A DNA stretch of 64,000 nt from Dehalococcoidia bacterium (GTDB lineage Bacteria > Chloroflexota > Dehalococcoidia > Lucifugimonadales > JAGWBF01). Position 1 is the stretch's first letter. The number at the start of each line of letters is the position of its first letter. The notes below the pieces were generated by a model, which did not search any database, had not been told where the DNA came from, and worked only from the letters and a program-made list of their open reading frames with translations. Shown piece by piece: positions 28,289 through 37,024 of the stretch. Location: NCBI GenBank assembly GCA_965248905.1, contig CBDFKS010000003.1:11369-75368 (forward strand). Direction: 5' to 3'. The translations under genes were made by a program, and so were the position numbers.

Positions 28289-29326
28289 TTAAGCCACCAC
28301 GGCATCGAGGATGCGGCTCAAGACTTCCTGCTCATGCTGAAGCCTGGGATTTTCGGGTCTGATGTCTCCGCCGGGACCTGGGCTCTGGGTCACCACTAAG
28401 TCCAGTGAGGGGCACACCCAGATGTGCATGCCTCCCCCGCCCCAGGCTGCGTAGGAGTCTCTGGGCAGTTCCGGCCACTGTTTGCCGTGGTCGTTTACCC
28501 AGAACCCATGTCCGAATCTCCAGTTCTCCTCCGGCTCGTTTGCCAGGATGTCTGCATTGGTCACCGTAGCATATCGCAGGTACTGTGCCGGCACTACCTG
28601 CCGGCCGTTCCATTGGCCCCAGTTGAGCCAGAGGTGGCCGATCCGTGCCATGTCACGGGCGGTGGCCACTATCTGCAAGAAGTGGCCGAATATATTTTTC
28701 TTGGCGTGAGGGCCATATTCGAAGTCTTTGTAGCTGTGGCTCCACGAGCCCCCAATGGGATCGCGAATCTTGTTCTCCATTAGCCGGGCGCAGCCGGGTA
28801 GCGCTTCCGAACTTTTGCTATCGTAGTAGCCATAAATAGTAGCCAGGGCATTGGTCAGAATATTCATACCGAAGGTCTGGTAGTGGAATTGCTTGCCGGG
28901 CTGTTCACCAGGTTTCATGTAGCCCGATGTATTGCAGATAAGCTGCCGGAACCTTATGTCTTGGTTCTCCTGAAAAGCGTGTCGCCCCGGCTTGGGACCC
29001 TCTCCTTCTCTGACATCCATCATCTCAGGATAGTAGTCCACAACTCTGGCATTGGTACTGGGAATCATCCCCTCTTCCACTGCGATACCCAGCAGGCAAG
29101 AGTAGGATGCCTTGGCTGCCGAAGCCAGGGGCAGCCGTTCGCCAACCTGGACACCGTGGTTCCATTCGGTCGCCAGATAGCCGTGGCGTGCTACAACAAC
29201 ACGAAAAGGCCGCTCATGGGCAGCGTCCAACATCCAGTCCTCAGCCCTTTGGAGTCTTTCCGCGGACAGGCCCAATTCCTCAGGAGCTCTTAGCTGCCAC
29301 TCTGTGCCCGGGAAGGTACGTTCCAT
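28289..29326 (-). CDS. Beta-lactamase-related serine hydrolase
   Basis: An S-x-x-K motif (ASAAKAS) and the overall length and pattern of class C / DD-peptidase-like hydrolases. Confidence 0.65.
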   Translation of the reverse strand: MERTFPGTEWQLRAPEELGLSAERLQRAEDWMLDAAHERPFRVVVARHGYLATEWNHGVQVGERLPLASAAKASYSCLLGIAVEEGMIPSTNARVVDYYPEMMDVREGEGPKPGRHAFQENQDIRFRQLICNTSGYMKPGEQPGKQFHYQTFGMNILTNALATIYGYYDSKSSEALPGCARLMENKIRDPIGGSWSHSYKDFEYGPHAKKNIFGHFLQIVATARDMARIGHLWLNWGQWNGRQVVPAQYLRYATVTNADILANEPEENWRFGHGFWVNDHGKQWPELPRDSYAAWGGGGMHIWVCPSLDLVVTQSPGPGGDIRPENPRLQHEQEVLSRILDAVVA

Positions 29327-29338
29327 GATTGCGTCTGC

Positions 29339-29665
29339 TCAGGCTACCCGTGACTTTTGCCAGGCAGAGTCTGGAGGGAACACAATATCACCCTCGCGAC
29401 GAACCCGCTCTACCTCTTGCCAGTCCCAGACCCTTTCCCGCCACGCCAGATTATGAGCATGCTCCCGGTGGAACTTGAAAGCCTCTTCATCTATAAATAC
29501 TTCGAACACGTGGCAGCGGTTGGAGTCTTCTGTGTCCTGAAGAACATCGTACCTCATGCATCCCGGCTCCGTCTCTAGCGACACCCGAGCGTGCTCTATC
29601 ATCTCCTCCATGAACGCTTTCATGTGTTCGGACTTGATCTGGAAGGTCACAATATGAGATTGCAT
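29339..29665 (-). CDS. Antibiotic-biosynthesis-monooxygenase (ABM) domain protein
   Basis: About 100 aa with a ferredoxin-like pattern ..E.GC..Y.....D.N....FE.F.DE.AF..H. Confidence 0.6.
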   Translation of the reverse strand: MQSHIVTFQIKSEHMKAFMEEMIEHARVSLETEPGCMRYDVLQDTEDSNRCHVFEVFIDEEAFKFHREHAHNLAWRERVWDWQEVERVRREGDIVFPPDSAWQKSRVA

Positions 29666-29738
29666 ATTGCCTCCATAGTATTGGTTCAGATATCGAATTG
29701 GATACGCTTTCCAAGATCACCCATGGTGGGCTTGGCGC

Positions 29739-30725
29739 CTAGTTCGGCACCCACACCACCGAGGAGATCTCGCTGAACTCGCGCCACAGCTTTGTCCAAG
29801 AGTCCCCTCCATCGTCACTGCGGTAGAGATAGCCATAGCGACTCGCCGCGAAGACCACCTTAGGGTCGAAGGGCTGAACGTTTACCACCCACATGGCCGT
29901 GTTCGGCTCTACGGGTAGCGACAGGTTCTCCCAGCTCTTACCGCAGTCCACGGACCGCATCACGGTCCCTATACGGCCCGGCGTGGTGTCTCCGACGGTC
30001 AGGAAAACCACGTTAGGGTTGTCCGGTCTCACCATGATTCCCCGTGGGTAGCTCCAGGGAAAGATATCCCGGATTCCTAACGACTCCCAGGTCTCCCCGT
30101 CATCGGTGCTGGTGAAGACGTCGTTGTTGACTACCACAAAGACGGTTTTATGGAGTCCCCCAGCCACAGCCACATTGTGCACGTCGGGATTGGGTATAGC
30201 GCCGTTCACCGAGACCCAGGTCTCCCCTCCATCGGAGCTGTGTCGAACACCGTCGACCTCCAGACCCATCCACACGTTCTGGCTGTTGGTAGGGTCTATA
30301 GCTAACGCTGTGACTCGAGGAGTGCCTACGTTTATGCACTCTTTGGCCACCTCCACGGACTGCTGCTTCCAGCTAACCCCACTGTCGGCAGAGCGGAAGA
30401 CGGTTGCAGGCGTCGGAGTCCCCGTGCCCGCGAACATGATACGTGGGTCCTCCTTGTCTATAGCCAGGGCCCATACATGATAACGGTTTAGAGGTGAATC
30501 CACCGGCTGCCATTTCTGTCCGGCGTCATCACTTCGAAGGAGGCCCTTATCGGTGCCGGCGAATATTCTCGTTGGGTTAGCGGGATGATTCGCTATTGTT
30601 CGCACCAGAGCATCGGAATGAAGACCTTGGGTAATGCCCACCCGTTGCCAGGTCTCTCCACTGTCGGCGCTTCTGAGTATGCCCTGACCCACGGTGCCGA
30701 CCAGAATAGTCATCTTACTTGCCAT
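29739..30725 (-). CDS. BNR/Asp-box repeat beta-propeller protein (Ycf48/sialidase-like fold)
   Basis: Seven S-x-D-x-G-x-(T/S)-W boxes (SADSGETW, SDDAGQKW, SADSGVSW, SSDGGETW, STDDGETW, SVDCGKSW, SDDGGDSW). Confidence 0.75.
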   Translation of the reverse strand: MASKMTILVGTVGQGILRSADSGETWQRVGITQGLHSDALVRTIANHPANPTRIFAGTDKGLLRSDDAGQKWQPVDSPLNRYHVWALAIDKEDPRIMFAGTGTPTPATVFRSADSGVSWKQQSVEVAKECINVGTPRVTALAIDPTNSQNVWMGLEVDGVRHSSDGGETWVSVNGAIPNPDVHNVAVAGGLHKTVFVVVNNDVFTSTDDGETWESLGIRDIFPWSYPRGIMVRPDNPNVVFLTVGDTTPGRIGTVMRSVDCGKSWENLSLPVEPNTAMWVVNVQPFDPKVVFAASRYGYLYRSDDGGDSWTKLWREFSEISSVVWVPN

Positions 30726-30866
30726 AGTCGTCCCCCTTGCGCCTGCGTTAGCCCTACAATGAGTCCCAGTGTATCTTTTGGTTAACGAGTTTTCAAATCG
30801 AACCCTTCATCAAACACAAAAGACCCATAATATGATCGCGATAAGGCATAACCACGATCAGTCGGT

Positions 30867-31217
30867 CTAAATACGCTTCATTAAAACGTGCCTGCGATTC
30901 CTGGTGTAAGGCCTAACTTGCTCCGGCCATCTACCGCCGTCCACTCCCTTGGCCCACGCCTCGGTGGTCAGCACTTCAGGGCTTTCCAACTCATACAGGG
31001 CCGTGTAGGTAGGCTCGCTCTCTATAACGATGGTCTGGACCTCACCACCCATGATCATCCTTAGCTCCTGCTTCTGAAACCGAGCCACCGCGAGAACACC
31101 GGGCACCTTATTGAGTGCAGGCACATGCTCCGTGTCGTATACCTCGTTGAAGAGCGCCTCTTTCTCAGGGTCTACATCCATCGTAGCGCGAAATAAGTAC
31201 TTCGAGGTAATCGCCAT
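30867..31217 (-). CDS. Small hypothetical protein, dimeric alpha/beta-barrel-like (EthD/DUF4286-like guess)
   Basis: ORF with a protein-like composition. The family call is tentative. Confidence 0.45.
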   Translation of the reverse strand: MAITSKYLFRATMDVDPEKEALFNEVYDTEHVPALNKVPGVLAVARFQKQELRMIMGGEVQTIVIESEPTYTALYELESPEVLTTEAWAKGVDGGRWPEQVRPYTRNRRHVLMKRI

Positions 31218-31390
31218 AGCTTGTAACTCCTTTCTGAATCTTTATCGTGTAGCCCTTGGAAGTGTATAAACCGATGCCGGCCATGTACCTTTAGCGGGTA
31301 TTCGCCACTGGATATCCCACTCCCTCAGGTTAGAGAATTGTAGTTGCGCTCCTGAGTGTCGTCAAGGGAAGCGACCTTACTAATCAAAGA

Positions 31391-31479
31391 TGTCACCATG
31401 GGCCCTTCGTTCCTCAGGATAAGCTCCGCGAAGGATCTCTCTGCACGATCTAGATTCTTCTCCTCTGGCTCAGAATGAC
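31391..31479. repeat. REP-like element (copy 3), GTCACCATGG...CTCAGAATGAC
   Basis: ggcccttcgttcctcaggataag...gattcttctcctctggctcagaatgac aligns with copy 1 over about 85 bp. Confidence 0.5.
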
Positions 31480-31568
31480 TTGGGTAGGGACCATCGCCAC
31501 GCTCGCTTAACTGTCGTCTATGTGTAATAATTAGCCCACTACCAGCTGGCGGAAGTGGAGGGTAGGCC

Positions 31569-32708
31569 ATGTCTCATGTAGGCTTACACTGTGACAGGTG
31601 TGACGATGTCGTGGAGGCCCGTCCTTCTGCTCTAGCTTGTCCAAGATGTGGTGGCCCCCTAGACGTAGCCTACGTTAACCGAGAGACCGTCCACCGCGCT
31701 GAAGACGAAAGGGTGCCCGGCATCTGGCAGCATTGGGAACGTTTGCCTCTTCACGAAAAGATTAATATCATCTCCCTGGGCGAAGGCGGCACACCTTGTA
31801 TCCGCCTTGAGGGCGTCGGTAGCTGGCTTGGCCTGAATAACCTGTATGCCAAGCTCGAATACCTGAACCCAACCGGTTCTTTCAAGGACCGGGGCACCTC
31901 GGTCATGCTCTCTGTGCTGAAAGAGCTGGGGTTCTCCGAAGCAGTGGACGATTCATCGGGCAACGCGGGCGCTTCTTTGTCGGCTTACGCCGCTCGAGGA
32001 AATATGGGGGCCATCGTCTTCGTACCAGCCTCAGCTTCCCCATTCAAAACAGGGCAGATCGGATTTTATGGAGCCCATGTCCGCCCCATAGAGGGTAGTC
32101 GTGAAGCGGTGACGAACGCGGCCAAGCAGTACGTAGAGGAGCAGAAAGCCTGCTACGCCTCCCACAACCTGAGCCCCTACTTCGTCGAGGGTATGAAGTC
32201 CTTCGCCTACGAAGCAGCCCAGCAGGTCCCAGGTCCCATACACCACGTTATTGCACCGGTGGGTAATGGCTCACTGCTGCTGGGAACCATGAAAGGCTTC
32301 GCGGAGCTCCTCGACGATGGATCGGTGTCTCAGCTACCTAGACTCCACTGCGTCCAGTCCCAGGCCTGCATGCCCATAGTCGCTGCCTGGCGAGGTGACA
32401 AGTGGGAGCCAACCCAGGCACAGCCCACAGTAGCCGGAGGGATCGCCGTTAACAGCCCTCCCAGGGGACACCAGGTGGTGCAGGCATTGCGAGCAACTCA
32501 GGGATCGGCCGTAGCCATAGAAGAGGAGCGGATAGTGCACTGGCAAAGGGCCCTGGCACGTGAGGAGGGTCTCTTTATCGAGCCTACTTCCGCAGCCGCC
32601 TTCGCGGGATTAGAGGCCTTGGCGTCCCAAGGCGTCATCGGTAGCCAGGACGTGACCGTAATCCCTGTGACGGGGTTCGGGCTGAAGGACCCCATTCCGG
32701 AGTCGTAA
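31569..32708 (+). CDS. Threonine-synthase-like PLP-dependent enzyme with an N-terminal zinc ribbon
   Basis: CDRCDD...CPRCGG, the PLP lysine motif PTGSFKDRG, and SSGNAGAS. Confidence 0.75.
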   Translation: MSHVGLHCDRCDDVVEARPSALACPRCGGPLDVAYVNRETVHRAEDERVPGIWQHWERLPLHEKINIISLGEGGTPCIRLEGVGSWLGLNNLYAKLEYLNPTGSFKDRGTSVMLSVLKELGFSEAVDDSSGNAGASLSAYAARGNMGAIVFVPASASPFKTGQIGFYGAHVRPIEGSREAVTNAAKQYVEEQKACYASHNLSPYFVEGMKSFAYEAAQQVPGPIHHVIAPVGNGSLLLGTMKGFAELLDDGSVSQLPRLHCVQSQACMPIVAAWRGDKWEPTQAQPTVAGGIAVNSPPRGHQVVQALRATQGSAVAIEEERIVHWQRALAREEGLFIEPTSAAAFAGLEALASQGVIGSQDVTVIPVTGFGLKDPIPES

Positions 32709-32803
32709 CGCGGTCTCTTTACCACATTTTTGGTCCTCTATCGCTGAATGCTATAATGCGTACTTTGCACCAACCCCCCATCCCAGCCTTCCCCCGCAAG
32801 GGG

Positions 32804-34128
32804 CTCACTGGGGTAGGCATTTGAAATTATGAGCTTTGGGAACCGGTTTATGGTAGGTAATTTGCAAACCAGGGAGTGGGTTTGGCCAAGGTTCAGGTAT
32901 GAGCCACAGGCGAAGCCAAGGCCTACCCTGGAGCAGTTGCCGAGTCATACAGCATATGCCCTTCTTTATCACGCTATCCTTTCGGGGTCCAGAACAGCTA
33001 GGAAGTGGATGAGGGCTTCTGACTCTCTGGGGAGGTACTCCAAGAGAAATAGCGTCTTCTGCTCTGGTCCCATAGGCCGTGGCCCACAGGGTAGCCACCG
33101 CCAGAACGAGCCAGTACCGGGCCACTCGGTCCGGGTCAGTCCGTCGAGTGCGTTGCCATTGCCAACCCACACTCTTGAGAGCGCGAAAACCCAACTCGAT
33201 CCAGAAGCGCAACCCATACCAGCATACCCCCACATCCTCGGGAGGCAAGTCGGTAATCACTATCCAGGGTTCCTTCTGGCCTTTATCCCAAACCACCACC
33301 AAAGTACCGAAGCGGTGGCGCTTGGGATTATAAAAGGCACTGCCCCTTCCTACCCAGGCGTGGCCTGGTCCGGGAATCAGCGTCCTGGCTTGCCGGCGTT
33401 GCCCCTGCAACGGTTGAAAGCTGGTGTTGTTTTTTACCCGCATCAGTGGATGCCATCCCAAGGCCCGTATTTGCTTCCAAAGGCGGGGGCTCCACAAGCC
33501 CCGGTCAGTCATCACCAGCACCTCCATGCTTTTGGACACTTCGGGAGCAAGCAGTTGCAAAAGCCGGAGGATTTCGGGAATCCAAGCCCCCGACCTGTTA
33601 GCAGGGAGTATGGTCCAGGCAATGGGAATGGCGCTACCCCGGTACAGCACGCTTACTACCAGGGCGACCACGCGGTCTTGGTGGGCTGTTGCGTCGACGG
33701 CCAAGGCCAGTTGTTGACCTTTCCACAAAGACAGCAGCCAGCGGAGCAAAGGCGCAAAACAGAGGGTTACATCCAACTGGATGTTGCAGGGAGTGGCCTT
33801 CTCCGAACCATCCCGAAGGAACTCTCTAAGGTATTGTCGCAGAGCATGGAAGGTGGCGATGGAGGATAGAGCATCAATCACCGCGCTTTGGCAAGCACTC
33901 TTAGCCATGATTGCCCCATACACCCATAGCGCCAATCCACGTATTTGGCTGGATCTTAGGTCAGGAAAATACTGTTCAGTTGAACGTAGCAAGTGGTACC
34001 ATTCTCTCGGAAAGCGCATGAGTCACCTCCCCACATCCCAGTTGAGTGATACTTCTAGGATGACGGGAAAGCTCGGCGCTTTCCTAGCTGTTTTTAAACA
34101 AGTTTTAGGATATGCCTACCCCAGTGAG
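32804..34128 (-). mobile_element. IS4-family insertion sequence, copy 1 (1325 bp)
   Basis: Perfect 17-bp terminal IRs CTCACTGGGGTAGGCAT and a perfect 11-bp direct repeat CCCGCAAGGGG at 32793-32803 and 34129-34139. Confidence 0.9.
32805..34019 (-). CDS. IS4-family DDE transposase (404 aa)
   Basis: LAVDAT (D), VMTDRG (D) and YGLRFWIELGFRALK, which is the Y-(2)-R-(3)-E-(6)-K signature of the IS4 family. The stop codon lies inside the terminal IR. Confidence 0.85.
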   Translation of the reverse strand: MRFPREWYHLLRSTEQYFPDLRSSQIRGLALWVYGAIMAKSACQSAVIDALSSIATFHALRQYLREFLRDGSEKATPCNIQLDVTLCFAPLLRWLLSLWKGQQLALAVDATAHQDRVVALVVSVLYRGSAIPIAWTILPANRSGAWIPEILRLLQLLAPEVSKSMEVLVMTDRGLWSPRLWKQIRALGWHPLMRVKNNTSFQPLQGQRRQARTLIPGPGHAWVGRGSAFYNPKRHRFGTLVVVWDKGQKEPWIVITDLPPEDVGVCWYGLRFWIELGFRALKSVGWQWQRTRRTDPDRVARYWLVLAVATLWATAYGTRAEDAISLGVPPQRVRSPHPLPSCSGPRKDSVIKKGICCMTRQLLQGRPWLRLWLIPEPWPNPLPGLQITYHKPVPKAHNFKCLPQ

Positions 34129-34252
34129 CCCGCAAGGGGGGAAGGAGCTATATTCTCTCCCGAGGAGATCCCCATTGATGGGGGAAACTTGGAGTGCAGA
34201 TGGATCCTTGTAAAACGCATCTCCGCATGCAAGTAGAGAGTAGGAGGTTAGC

Positions 34253-35245
34253 ATGGCAACCTTAGTCACAGGCGGCACCGGCTTCATCGGCGCCAACATC
34301 GTTAAAGCCCTAGTTGAGCGCGGACACCAGGTGGTCTCGCTGGACATCGAGCCGGTGGTCGATCTGCTGCGCAATACCCTGGGAACTTACGATAAACAGG
34401 TAACCTGGCTACAGGGTGACATCCTGGACAAAGGGGCCCTGGAGAAGGCAGCTTCCTCGGCCAACATCGACAAGATCGTCCATTGCGCCACATTTAGCCC
34501 CTACGGCGATGACGAATACAACCACTGTAGAAGAGTGATCGACATTAACATGGAAGGCACCGTCAACATGCTGGACTTGGCGCGCCAGGTCGGCGTGAAA
34601 AGGTTTATCTATATGAGCTCGGTAGCCGTTTACACGTACAATACACCCACCGACGTGCCATTCCGGGAAGACATGCCTCTGGAACCCAAGGGACTCTACC
34701 CGATCACCAAATTCGCCAGCGAGGGACTTACTGAGCGCTACAGCCAACTTTACGGCTTCGAAGCGGCAAGCATGCGGCTGTCCCATAACTGGGGGCCTAT
34801 GGAGAGGGTGACCCCATATCGGGCGCGGATGTGTCTGCCCTACGAGTGGGCGGCAAAAGCGGCGCGAGGTGAGCCCATCGAGCCCACGCCCTTCGGCAGC
34901 GGCCGTACCGAGGGGCGGAGACTGGGATTGGAGCACCCCTACGTGTACGACACTGCGGCCTGCGTAGGAGTAGCTCTGGATGCCCCTAAACTTAAATACT
35001 CGGCGTACAATATCTCCAGCGGGCACCGGATCACACTCCACGAAATGGTGGCGGCAATGCGAGAGGCCTATCCGGCCGTCAAGTTCGTAGAGCCTATTCC
35101 TGAAGAGGATGCGTCCAAGCCGTTGGGCGTCTCGTGGGACCTGGGACGCATGAAAGATGACCTGGACTACACTCCTAAATACGATCTGATCTCAGCTCTG
35201 AGGGACTACATCAACTGGCGACTGAAGCACAACTTCCTAAACTGA
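34253..35245 (+). CDS. NAD-dependent epimerase/dehydratase (SDR)
   Basis: VTGGTGFIGANIV Rossmann motif and YxxxK (YPITKFASE). Confidence 0.8.
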   Translation: MATLVTGGTGFIGANIVKALVERGHQVVSLDIEPVVDLLRNTLGTYDKQVTWLQGDILDKGALEKAASSANIDKIVHCATFSPYGDDEYNHCRRVIDINMEGTVNMLDLARQVGVKRFIYMSSVAVYTYNTPTDVPFREDMPLEPKGLYPITKFASEGLTERYSQLYGFEAASMRLSHNWGPMERVTPYRARMCLPYEWAAKAARGEPIEPTPFGSGRTEGRRLGLEHPYVYDTAACVGVALDAPKLKYSAYNISSGHRITLHEMVAAMREAYPAVKFVEPIPEEDASKPLGVSWDLGRMKDDLDYTPKYDLISALRDYINWRLKHNFLN

Positions 35246-35260
35246 GGGAACGGCTTAACT

Positions 35261-35746
35261 TCAGGTCGCCGCGGGCACGAAAAGCGGCAGTACCACCTGG
35301 GGATCATCCACCGTAGGCATGAAGGTAACCTGTACAGGCATATCGATGTAGATGTCCTCGGGGGCTACATTCAGGACGTTGCTCATTATGCGTAGCTCCG
35401 CCTGCTCTTCTAGCTCTATGAGGCAGATGTTGTAAGGCACCTGCTCCTTTTCTCTCAAGGCGGGGTGTACAGGATGGCGTGCAATGAGGCGAGTGTACAC
35501 CTTACCCCGGCCACTCATCTTGGTCCATTGGTACTCCAGGGAGTGGCAGTAGGGACACATCGGGGCGGGTAAATGGCGGAATTTTTTGCACGCCGAGCAC
35601 TGCTGTATGCGAAGCTCACCGTTCTGCGGCCCCTCCCAGAACCCACGCTCGTAGTCGGGGAGGTTTTCCAGGTCCGGTAGAGGCAGCCCTTCAAGGGGTC
35701 CGGTCATTGCTTTGGACTTGGTGCTTGACTCTTGCGTCATCGCCAC
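35261..35746 (-). CDS. DUF35 Zn-ribbon/OB-fold protein (thiolase partner)
   Basis: A CSACKKF...CPYCHS rubredoxin-like zinc ribbon followed by an OB-fold-like region, directly downstream of the thiolase gene. Confidence 0.75.
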   Translation of the reverse strand: MAMTQESSTKSKAMTGPLEGLPLPDLENLPDYERGFWEGPQNGELRIQQCSACKKFRHLPAPMCPYCHSLEYQWTKMSGRGKVYTRLIARHPVHPALREKEQVPYNICLIELEEQAELRIMSNVLNVAPEDIYIDMPVQVTFMPTVDDPQVVLPLFVPAAT

Positions 35747-35765
35747 TCCTTCTTGGGATCACCTA

Positions 35766-36956
35766 TTATCCACGTCGTATGATGACCGCTGCGCTAAGCT
35801 GGGCCGTAGAGCTACAGGAAAGTACCCTGTTTATCTGTTTGTTGGGGGGCTGGGATGTGGATGTGCCACGAATGAGGCGCACGGCCTCTTGAGGATGGGT
35901 CAGTCCGTGGATATAGGCCTCCGAATGATTACCACCATGGGTGTTGGTGGGCAAGACGCCGTCGAACCGGATGTTGTGGCCTCCCTGCACGAAATCCTTG
36001 GCCTCTCCAGCGGGCATGAAACCGTAGGTCTCCAGGCCAATAAGACAGTAAGGGGTAAAGTGATCATAGAACATGAAGGCGTCCATGTCCTTGGCCGTGA
36101 GTCGAGCACGAGCCCAAAGGTCGCGGGCTGTGTTCCTAGACTCGGCAATTGAAAGGTCGGCGCGGAAAACGATGCCCTCGTTCGTCGGACCGGAGCCCTG
36201 GGCCGCCGCCTCCACAAGGGTTGGCGTGGCGGCGTGGCGAAGGTCCCGAGCCCGCTCTTGGGTGGTCATAACTATCGCTGCGGCGCCATCGTTTTCCTGG
36301 CAAAAGTCCAGCACACGTAGCGGCTCGGCGATAATCCGGGAGTTCTGGTGATCGTCTATGGTGAAGGGCTCTCGGCGAAGGGCCCTAGGGTTACGGCTGG
36401 CATGGTCACGTAGGGTGACTGCTACCCAGCCAAAGTCTCTGCTGGTGGCGCCGTACTCATGCATGTACCTGCTCACGAACATGCCAAACTGATGGCCCGG
36501 CGCCAGGGATCCCCAGGGCGTCCGGAACGTATCCTGGCCTCCCATAATCCTCTCTGGTCCCCTAGACTGCCCCAGCCGCACTCCCGATCTGAGGTTGGCC
36601 GCCCGGAAACAGACAACATAGTTACAATAGCCGGCCGAAATGGCCGCAGCCGCGTGGCCGACGGTGGCGTTGCCTGCGCCCCCACCGTACGCAATGGCCT
36701 CCCAGTGACGCAGATTCTTGATTCCCAGGCTGCTGATTAACAGGGTCTCATTGTTGCTGTCCATCTCGTAGCGAACGATACCGTCTATATCTTTGGGAGA
36801 GATGCCTGCATCGTCGCAAGCGGCCACGATGGCCTCGCAAGCCAGCTGGAGCTCGCTGCGCCCAGAGTTCCACGAGAACTCGGTCTCACCTATGCCTACG
36901 ATAGCGGCCTTATCCCTGATGTTGTTCAGGTCGGCTGGGGTAATGTCGTCCATCAT
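35766..36956 (-). CDS. Thiolase-like protein (SCP-x / BbsB-type, DUF35-associated)
   Basis: AAIVGIGETEF, a GGGAGNA region and a C-terminal NTHGGNHSEAYIHG pattern of non-acetoacetyl thiolases. Confidence 0.75.
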   Translation of the reverse strand: MMDDITPADLNNIRDKAAIVGIGETEFSWNSGRSELQLACEAIVAACDDAGISPKDIDGIVRYEMDSNNETLLISSLGIKNLRHWEAIAYGGGAGNATVGHAAAAISAGYCNYVVCFRAANLRSGVRLGQSRGPERIMGGQDTFRTPWGSLAPGHQFGMFVSRYMHEYGATSRDFGWVAVTLRDHASRNPRALRREPFTIDDHQNSRIIAEPLRVLDFCQENDGAAAIVMTTQERARDLRHAATPTLVEAAAQGSGPTNEGIVFRADLSIAESRNTARDLWARARLTAKDMDAFMFYDHFTPYCLIGLETYGFMPAGEAKDFVQGGHNIRFDGVLPTNTHGGNHSEAYIHGLTHPQEAVRLIRGTSTSQPPNKQINRVLSCSSTAQLSAAVIIRRG

Positions 36957-37024
36957 ATGGTTTCACCGCTCCTATACTTTGCACATGATGTCATCAAAGA
37001 TGTTTTTCCGACAGCGTAGAAAGA

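Noticed and set aside
32829-33869. 346-aa plus-strand ORF antisense to the IS4 transposase (and its twin at 52836..53768).
   Set aside because: It lies entirely inside the transposase gene on the opposite strand and is Pro/Gly/Arg/Ser-rich with no motifs. This is the usual mirror ORF of a GC-rich gene. The minus-strand product carries the DDE/YREK signature.
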